NCBI GenBank assembly: GCA_000934665.2
Contig: KZ538513.1
Coordinates: 44,983-64,982 of the forward strand
From: Catajapyx aquilonaris
Lineage: Eukaryota
Reading direction: 5' to 3'
Length of the DNA stretch: 20,000 nucleotides
In this document: positions 9,731 through 17,983 of the stretch, piece by piece
Layout: each line of letters begins with the position of its first letter
Position numbering within the stretch: position 1 is the stretch's first letter
Position numbers and translations under genes: made by a program
The notes under the pieces: model-generated
Told to the model about the DNA's origin: nothing
The model's database searches: none
What the model saw: the letters and a program-made list of their open reading frames with translations, nothing else

Positions 9731-9883
9731 AAGGAATTTAAAATCCCTGTGCAAAGCAGCGTGTTTTTAATTTACAACGTGTGGCCGCAGGGAGTTCACA
9801 TTAATAATTACAGCTTCTTGATTACTACGACGGCTGGGGCACGCAGATGTCAGGCGACTTCTCCCATCTTGCTGGCACGTCTT

Positions 9884-10896
9884 TTACGAGTACTGGTCCT
9901 TGATGTCCTTCCACTGCTTCTGTAACGCCAAAACGAGACAGCGTCAGCAGGTAAAGGTCCACTAATATTTTTTTTAAATTAATCATGCAGCCTGACTTCA
10001 AATTTGCGACTTATTATTGGTAATTAAGAACTAGCATATTAAATATGCTTTTGCACAAATCCTATATAAATAAAGCCGTTTCTGGACCACCGACCGTCAT
10101 TTGCCTCCCATCTGTGGTCCGCCTCCTACACCTCCAACCTCTCCTGTCCCTCTGACCCGGCTTTTCTTTAATTAGGATTCTTAATTACATGCATTTTTTT
10201 TTTGCCTGTCCTTTTTAACTTGATTTCCATTCATTTCTTCCCGAGCAATGCCGGGTGTCACAGATAGTTATACATATAAATAATTTACAAGCAGCAGCGC
10301 CTGTTCTCCTAGCCTGTTTCTATAGTTTCAATGGTAAAGCGTTGCAATGGTAGACTATTGCTGTGGTAAACTGTTGCCATGTTAACCTCAGCAAAGGGAT
10401 AAAACTGTTGCCACGACAAACTATTGCAAAGGGATAAAACTGTTGCCACGATAAACTATTGCAAAGGGATAAAGCTGTTGCCATGGTAAACTATTTCAAT
10501 GGCAAAGCGTCGCAATGGAACACTGTTGTCATGGTAAACTATAGCAATGGGAAAGCGTTGCAATGGTAAACCGCTGCCACGGACAAACAAACCAACAAAC
10601 CTTCCCTTATATTATGTAAGATGTATGAAACCAGTACAGAGGTTGTGCTCAGGAGTGTCTGTTACTTATGGTGTACCGTACACAGGGGTACACAGTACAT
10701 CATTTGGTGGTGCACGGTACAGTGCAAGGCAATGTATGCCATACATACGTACCCCTTTGTTGAGGTTATCGAAGATGGCTTCGGTGGCGAAGTCGAAGCC
10801 CCTCTCGAAGAAGAAGGCTCCGGTGACTATGGCCAGGGCGAAGGTCGAGGTCCTCCGGAACACGGCGGTGTACACGCGGCCCACGAATCCGGACAT
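9884..10896 (-). CDS. UQCR10: Cytochrome b-c1 complex subunit 9 (QCR9), 59 aa. Exons 10896-10753 and 9919-9884
   Basis: MSGFVGRVYTAVFRRTSTFALAIVTGAFFFERGFDFATEAIFDNLNKG|KQWKDIKDQYS* carries the FRRTSTF...FER.FD...N.GK.WKDIK signature of QCR9. Donor GG|gtacgt, acceptor ttacag|AAG, phase 0. Confidence 0.96.
10060..10267 (+). mobile_element. Non-autonomous Helitron-like element (~208 bp) in the UQCR10 intron
   Basis: Starts A|TCCTATATAAATAAAG. Ends with a GC-rich hairpin cccgagcaatgccggg (10240-10255), 8 nt, then ATAG|T (degenerate CTAG). It sits between A and T with no TSD. Confidence 0.6.
10325..10581. repeat. 16-bp minisatellite (ATGGTAAACTRTTGCM) with a 35-bp higher-order unit repeated three times (10391-10495)
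   Basis: About 15 degenerate units. gcaaagggataaaactgttgccacgacaaactatt recurs at 10391, 10426 and 10461. Confidence 0.9.
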
Positions 10897-10949
10897 GGCT
10901 GAATCGGCCCGATGAAGGGAAAGAAGAGACCTTCAGAACTTCAGAATCT

Positions 10950-11710
10950 TTTCAGAGAGAGAGGCCCACCAAATGGAACACGACGATCCAAAAGGCTTCT
11001 TGGAAACAGGCAGATCTGAACCCACCCCACCCACACCTGGAAATTGACCAAATTGACCCAGAATGAAAACTGTTGGTGCTCCTGCGAGAATTGCGGCTTA
11101 TTATTGGCCCGATTGTGATCACGTGACTAACCAGTGGTGCCAACAGGAGCTGTTAAAAAAAGTGACCAATCAAATGATCGAATTGGCACTAATGACGCAA
11201 TTTTCAGCCAATAGGAGCAAGCGGCGAAGAAGACGAAGACGAAGGAGTATATTTAGAACGCACCCGCACTTTCAACTAAATAAGTTTAACAAAATATAAT
11301 CACGCCCGCTCATATATTTAAATGTACTGCTAATTTAAATAATGCATGTTGTTAACTAATTACGAGAAATGAGCAAAGAATTTATTATAACTTGTAGCTC
11401 TCGTAGCTAATAGCTAGTAAAGAAGCAGCTTTCACCTGCCATATGCACCAACTGGAGGCGAATTTTAATTTGTAATTCATAATCGATATAAATATGAATT
11501 ATCTTGTTTTAATTGACCTATTAAAATTAGCTGAAAATTATCTCACAAACATGCTTCTTTGAATAAGCAGATTGGAAAATAAGCCGTGATTGACCAAACC
11601 GCTATGCTTCTTGCGACCCATGAAATTCAGCCCCCAAAAAATCCGGTCAAAAAAAAAAAAAATCGTAGAAAAAAAAAAGATGGCGAATTGTTAAGATGGC
11701 GGCCAAAAAG
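10950..11710. promoter_or_regulatory. Divergent promoter region between UQCR10 (-) and SH2B (+)
   Basis: Head-to-head genes. CCAAT/ATTGG boxes (11103, ~11166, ~11182, ~11209), TCACGTGAC (11119-11127), and YY1-type AAGATGGCG at 11677 and 11693. Confidence 0.6.
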
Positions 11711-12227
11711 TTCGTTTGGAGCGTGAAATGCGCCGCAAATTTAAATCCGATGGACTCGGAAAGGATCAGTGTCCGCACATGAAGTGTTGGGACACCTGAA
11801 GCCCCAAAACAACAGGGATTTTTTTTTCTTTTTTTTGAAATCTGGATTTAAAATAATTAGAACACTAAAGTGTACGTGTCAAAAAAAAAAGAACAATTTT
11901 TTGAGAAGAAGTGACTTTCTTGGGGGGGGGTCACTTTTGTGCCATGTGAATCCGGCGGATTTCGAATTTTACAACAAAACCTAGTGCAATTATTTGGAGT
12001 GATAAAAAAAAAGTTCAGTTCCTAGACATTTCTTTTTCTTTTGGAGGAAATTTTCCTCAAAGTTTGGTTCTCAAGATCTCAACTTGTGATTTTTTTTAAA
12101 AACATATTATGGGGTAAGATGGTGTTCATACTAGTGTAGCCGCATGTCGCATTAGTCGCAAGTGGACGTACTAATATCATATGTTTTCAGATAAGTACGA
12201 CTAACTGCGCAGCTACTTCGCATCGAC

Positions 12228-14613
12228 ATGGCTTCAGCTCGTCAGCCGCAGCCGGAGACAGCTTCGTCTCCTCCTCCGTCACTTACATCTTCGGCTCCCT
12301 CCGTGCCGCCTGCTCCGACTCCCTTAGCAGCCGCCCAGCCGCCTCTTCCGCCTTCATGGACAGACCTGTGCGATCGTCATGCACGCAGCTCAGCCTCCGA
12401 GTTCGCCCAGTCCTTCAGAACGTACGTGTCGGAGAACCACGTCGGTTCCGCACCCTTATCGCATCGGGACTTCGTACGCCGCTTCGTGGAGGTATTCTCG
12501 GAGCACTTCGAGTGTGAGATCAACCGCAGTGAGGTCAACGGAGGCGGAGGGATTAGAGGAAGGAAGGACGACTACTCGGACTACTCCGACCATGAAGCTG
12601 AAGCCCCGTCGCCTAGAGCGCTACACAAGCCGTTCTTTAGGCATGAATTTTTGGTCTTGCAATTACAAATTAACAGGCTCCATTTTTTGAGGAATGGCAG
12701 AGCGAATCAAGAGAAACATTTTTTGTGCAAATACACATGATTAGGTCAGAAAACGAGGGTTCGTCTTGCTTCATACGAACATGTATGGTTAGCACCCATA
12801 GTAATACCATAGTAACCTATATTTAGACGTGTGTGCGTGACATGTCGCAAAACAATCAACTGTTGAAGTAGAATGGTCACCATGGTGGTAACTAAGATTT
12901 GGACGTGTTTGAAAGACGAGTCACAATAATGTTTCGTTCGTGTCACTCTATCAGTCTTTTAAAAAATGGGTGCTTATTTCACACACACGGTGTATTAGAC
13001 GAATTTGCTTAACCTTTCAGGCGGTTGAGCTTTAAGGGTCTCCGGAAAGGGAAGGGATTCTTCCACAAGCAGCATTCAGACGAGGTCGAACTCTCGTCGC
13101 ATCACCACCACCACCACCATGGCGAAGGGTCGAAGAAGCATCATCACTCGAAAGGAAAACTGTCCAAGATTGTGGTGGAATGCAGGAAGGAAGGGATCGT
13201 CAACTACTTGAGCGGAGACAAGATTGAAGGGACGCACAAGTGGGAGAAGTGCAGGCTGGCACTTGTCAAGACTGTCGGGGGATACATGCTTGAGTTTTAC
13301 TCGCCACCAAAGGTGAGTCGGATCTGCTCATTGATTCTTAGGCCACAACTGTCCATATACACGTATAAAAGGACATGATTAGCGTTACGTTTTCAATCCA
13401 CAGGCGGTGAAACCAAAGAGCGGCGTATTCTGCTTCCTGATAACTGAAGCTCGTGAGACGACGGCTCTGGAAATGCCTGACCATGAAAACACGTTTGTGC
13501 TGAAGGCGGAGAACAGCATGGAGTATGTGATTGAGGCCCACGATGCGGATGACATGCGGTCGTGGCTTGCCACTGTCAAGTACTGCATGCGCGCACCTGG
13601 AGCAGCAAGTGGGCTCTCGGAAGGGCGGGGCAGGGACGGAGCAGGAGCCGGGTACAGAGAGGAAGGGGTGGAGAATCCACCAGAGCTGCCGCCTAGAGGT
13701 GGAGCAGCTACGTCCGGGGCAGCCGCGGTCAACGGATTCCATTCGCTCAGGTCGGCCAGCAGCAATGGGCTTGACTTTTGTGCGCAGGGTGGCGATCCAG
13801 AAGGAGGACCCGACGGAGACGGTAATTGTCAATTGCGGATTACGATTATGGGGAAATGTACCATTGCTATGATTTCAGCTGCGGACGGTGGGGTCGACCT
13901 GTACTCGTCGCTTCGGGAGTACCCGTGGTTCCATGGGACTCTGAGCAGGTCGGACGCTGCCCAGCTGGTGCTGCAGGAGGGGCCCGATGGCCACGGAGTC
14001 TTCTTAGTCCGGCAAAGTGAGACTCGGAAAGGAGAGTTTGTCCTGACGTTCAACTTCCAGGGGAAGGCCAAGGTACGCACTGAAAATGACGTACATATGA
14101 TTATTACTCATCATATGTCTTCCAGCACCTCCGCATGACCCTGAACCCTGAAGGCCAGTGCCGCGTCCAGCACCTGTGGTTCCAGACCATATTCGACATG
14201 CTGGAACACTTCCGGGTACACCCCATCCCTCTTGAATCCGGTGGGACATCAGACGTCACACTGACTGATTACGTGGTGTCCATACAACCCAGGGGCGGAC
14301 CATCCAGTTCTAGCCCAGCCCACGGAGAGAGACGACCTCCAATGCCGCCAGACCTTAGAGAGGTCAGCACCCAGTAGACGTCTTAAGTATTTAATTTGTT
14401 TTCGTTTTTATTATTTTACGACCTGATTTCTCCACCTGTAGTACACGTTTGGTCATGCCTCAAATATTTAATGCTGCGGTACTAATTAGCTGCCGTCCTT
14501 AGGTGATGACCCACGGCGGCTCCGTCCGGACACGGACTGAGTCCATGGAGCGGCTTCAAAGCAGCGGCGCATCGGTCGGAAGAGCGGTGGAAAACACCTA
14601 CAGCTTCGTATGA
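12228..14613 (+). CDS. SH2B: SH2B adaptor protein (Lnk/SH2B1/APS family), ~554 aa. Exons 12228-12640, 13021-13312, 13404-13821, 13879-14072, 14126-14362, 14503-14613
   Basis: Contains an N-terminal Phe-zipper dimerisation domain ([20 protein letters not shown]...[13 protein letters not shown]), the [12 protein letters not shown] motif, a PH domain ([10 protein letters not shown]...[13 protein letters not shown]...DMRSWL), an SH2 domain ([10 protein letters not shown]...[27 protein letters not shown]...HPIPLESGG) and a C-terminal Cbl-binding-type tail [10 protein letters not shown]. The exons sum to 1665 nt in frame. The first coding intron needs a GC donor. An acceptor at 12190 upstream of the ATG implies a 5'UTR exon. 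Confidence 0.95.
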
Positions 14614-15417
14614 GTCTCGAAATAAGTCTTCTGATTCTACTTCTTTGCGGTGAATAACCCCATAAAGTCCAGTGACAGTTGTGAGTGACTCCCTTTTTTT
14701 AAAAACCCACCCCAGTGACTGTGATTTTTTAGTTTGTGCCACCTTTTTTTTGTGCCGTTCGACATGCGGCGATATTGCGAATAACTATTTATATATTTAT
14801 GTTTACATGCAGCTGTGCTCCTTTTTTTTTTTTGCCTGTTTCCCCAATCAATGTTCCTGCAATTATTTTGTTTTGCTCTGCGTGAAAGCAAAATGTGTAA
14901 TTCATGTGGGGGGCAATGTTGCAATTGCAACCCATTGTAATCTACCGAGAAAGAAAAAAAAAAATTCTAACTATTTAATAAGCAGGATTTCCTGGCCAAA
15001 TGTCGCTATTTTTTAAAATTAGCTGCTAATTAATAGCTCTCAATGCGGCTATAGTGTACGACCCGGCCAATCCTGGCGTTAAGTTAGAAAACCTTAATTA
15101 GCGAATTAGTGAGGGGGGGAAAGGTTGCCATAATAGTTTCGTCCAAACTCGAAATTGTTGTGACATGTGCCGTTTATTGTCACGACGTCAGTGCCACATT
15201 AAGAGGCCAAAAATGCAATCCCCGCCTTTTAAATCTATAGGTAATCAATCTTCAGATCCTGTTTTTTTTTTGTATCGTTATTTATTGACTCATTTGTAGA
15301 CCCCCGATGATAATTGTCTGTCGTGAAAATCCAGTTGAGTGTTGTCACAATTGCGGTTAATTTGTCCGAAAAGAAACATGGTGCTTTTTTTTAAATGTAG
15401 GGCATCAGTCATGGTTC

Positions 15418-15423
15418 AATAAA
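15418..15423 (+). terminator. Candidate poly(A) signal of SH2B
   Basis: AATAAA ~800 bp after the stop codon and just before the DCTN6 promoter. Confidence 0.55.
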
Positions 15424-15502
15424 TGCAGCATTTGCAAACAATTAATTAATTAGTTAATTAGTTGGTCGCTTCAACTTAAATTTTGAACAACGCGCCCGTT
15501 TG

Positions 15503-15626
15503 TTGACTAGAACAAATATGGCCGGCATTGGTTTGACTATAACAAACATGGCTGCCATTCTGCAATCTAGATCAAAGATGGCTGCTTTTTTTCCACTCGC
15601 AATACGGATCAAAGATGGCGGCGGGG
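15503..15626 (+). promoter_or_regulatory. DCTN6 promoter: four tandem ~30-37 bp units, each with a YY1/Pho-type CAAANATGGC motif
   Basis: caaatatggccg, caaacatggctg, caaagatggctg and caaagatggcgg, with shared upstream ttgacta.aa / caat...gat context. Confidence 0.6.
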
Positions 15627-15711
15627 TATTACATCATCCTTGCCCTGAAGTTGTCCAATTTCAGATTTTTTTGGGGGACATATTTTTTTTGTCCCGTTTC
15701 CTTGGGTGCCC

Positions 15712-16334
15712 ATGGCTTCCCCTCAGCCCCCGGCGTCCCTCCCCGGGGCGGCAGCCTCCACGGTGAAGATAGCCCCGGGGGCCATAGTGTGCAACGAGTG
15801 CGAGCTGGTCGGGGACATCACCATAGGACCACGCACCGTCATCCATCCCAAGGCGAGGATAGTGGCCGAAGCAGGTCCGATTGTGATGGGGGAGAACAAC
15901 CTGGTGGAGGAGCAGGCGCAGATACTGCACCTCAAGGCGTCCGGTGCAGCGGAGGAAGTCATGACCATCGGGTGCAACAACGTGTTTGAGGTACGGCTGA
16001 GTACGGAACATGCAAGTGGTGGTTAAATATTGGGACGCTTTAATTACAGGTTGGGTGTGTGTGCGAGGCGGCTAAGATCGGGGACCACAATGTGCTGGAG
16101 GCGAAGAGCCGCGTGGGTCCCACCACTCGGTTGAGCAACGGCTGCGTGATCGGAGCAGCGTGCGAGATGACCCCGGCGGAGACTCTCCCGGAGAACACAG
16201 TTGTGTACGGGGCCGGTTGCAAGCGCAGGGTGCAAGGGGAACGGCCTGCGCCTCAGACCCTGCAGCTGGATTTCCTCACGAAGATCCTCCCCAACTACCA
16301 CCACCTTAAGAAGCCAACGAAGACCAAGGCGTAA
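15712..16334 (+). CDS. DCTN6: Dynactin subunit 6 (p27), ~187 aa. Exons 15712-15990 and 16050-16334
   Basis: [51 protein letters not shown]...[12 protein letters not shown]...[17 protein letters not shown] is the left-handed beta-helix p27 signature. 59-nt GT-AG intron, phase 0. AATAAA at 16545-16550. The start codon (cccATGG, 15712) is less certain than the body. Confidence 0.94.
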
Positions 16335-16549
16335 AGGTTTTTAAGTGTGAAAATTGCGGAATCGAACTAACAGATAAACTGAAGCGTTTCAAGTGCTCGG
16401 TATTTGGAATGACAGTAAGTGATGCGCATTGCCGTGTGACACGTTCGCAGATCAACACAGCTTTATTTGAACTGTCATGTTGCTTTTGTTGCGGTTTACA
16501 TGCTGGTGGCTCACACTTTATGAAAAAGTTAATTTCTTCTTGTCAATAA

Positions 16550-16870
16550 AAATATTTATTCGTAATTTCTTGGGAACAAAAAAATTTCTTCGGAAATTTC
16601 TAGTTAATAATATTTATTCCAAGGATTTATTCGGAATCTCTAGTAACCAGAGATTCCGAATGAATCTTTGGAATAAATATTTTTTATCGGCTAAAAATTC
16701 AAAATGGATGATTTTATTGTAATAAAATTTCTTATAATATTGATATTTATTCTAAGGATATAATTATTCAGTATTTTCTGATAAAATTATTAATTCTGAA
16801 TTTCTAGTTAATGAATATTATTTATTATTCTGAATTTCCACTTAATAAAAATATTTACTATAATTATTTA
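16550..16870. repeat. Very AT-rich degenerate repeat between the convergent DCTN6 and oxygenase-like genes
   Basis: Recurrent (g)aatttctagttaat and atatttattc(c/t)aaggat motifs. Confidence 0.5.
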
Positions 16871-16940
16871 GTACTGGTTAGTGCAACATGGATATGACCA
16901 GCTGCATAGATTTCACGACATTGTGAAGTGAGAGTACGAA

Positions 16941-17983
16941 TCATTCTTCCTCATCGTTCTGAAAGTCGTACTTCATGTTCAAGCCCAATGCATTTTCAAT
17001 GAAGGCGTTGTGCAGCCTCGTGAACATACCGATGCGTGAGAGTTGCTGGAACACAAAGAAGGCCTTGCACATTAACTTCTCTCGCCAGTTGGCCCAAGTG
17101 GCCCAGGAAGGTGCGTCCGTTCCCAGGATACCGGAGATCGACATGATTGTAAATTCTGGCGACATCAACCCTTGCAAAAGACTCAGGAACGGAAGGGTGG
17201 CCGCTATGGCATCGACATGCTTGCGGTATTCGTCTGTTGGGGGTTCATGAAGCGAGGGCCAAATTATGGACGTGTACACCTGCTGGATGCGGGACCGCAT
17301 TTCGTCTAGCTTTCCTTCGAATGGATTGAACCTGTCCTGTACGCCCATGTAGTACGCATGAACCCGACCGACATGAGCGTACGCCTCCAGATCTTCATCA
17401 GGAACGCCATGTAAGCCAACCTGCTCCGGACGGATCAGCGCAAGGCCAAACAGCCCAACTGAAGTCGCAATTCCGTCCAGTTGACTGTAGAACAACCCGG
17501 ACGACTCCGTGCCAGCGTTCCTCCACACCTTTTCCAATGAGAAACCGGACTTGATCAGATTAATCCGCAGAATTTAACTCCGAGACATACCTTGTCCTTT
17601 TGGGCCTCCGCTTTCCTGTAAATCTCCTGAATCCGACTGACTGCTTGGTACGCCGGATTTTCAGTGTCCCAAATATTTCCTTTGGCCCACACCTTGAAGT
17701 AGTTGGTGACGTCCAGGAAAAGAGTGGTGTCGTCCGGCATCTCCTTTGCGTCCGCAATGTGTATGGCCTTAAAAGCCGGGCTCCAGGCGAACGACGTGGA
17801 TGCTCCCATCGTGTTCAGAAAATACATCAACGTGAAGTGCTCCTGGATGAACGCCTGGCCTCGTCTGAACCTCTTCTTGTCCAGCCATGACGGAAGCGGG
17901 GCGTCCAACGACGGGAACTCGGTGGCCTTTAAGGTCGACGCCAACTTCCATTGATTCATCCGCTCTGAGACGTCCGGCTCCAT
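16941..17983 (-). CDS. ER-bound oxygenase MpaB/rubber-oxygenase-like (DUF2236-type) arthropod protein, divergent, ~326 aa. Exons 17983-17591 and 17528-16941
   Basis: Motifs LPSWLDKKRFRRGQAF, W..GNIWD...AYQAV, SQLD...T..GLFGLAL.RP...GLH and EDLEAYAH..RV.AYYMGVQDRFN resemble the arthropod MpaB/Lcp-like family as I recall it. Two long ORFs join in phase 0 through a 62-nt GT-AG intron (17590-17529). A hydrophobic C-terminal segment is present. Coding status is strong; the family assignment is from memory. Confidence 0.72.

Noticed and set aside
13338..14249. Antisense and alternative-frame ORFs over SH2B exons (likewise over Mnt, UQCR10 and DCTN6)
   Set aside because: Expected shadow ORFs of GC3-rich coding exons.
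17550..17590. Alternative in-frame acceptor giving a 41-nt intron in the oxygenase-like gene
   Set aside because: Shorter than every other intron here (minimum 53 nt). The 62-nt intron fits better, though RNA data are needed.
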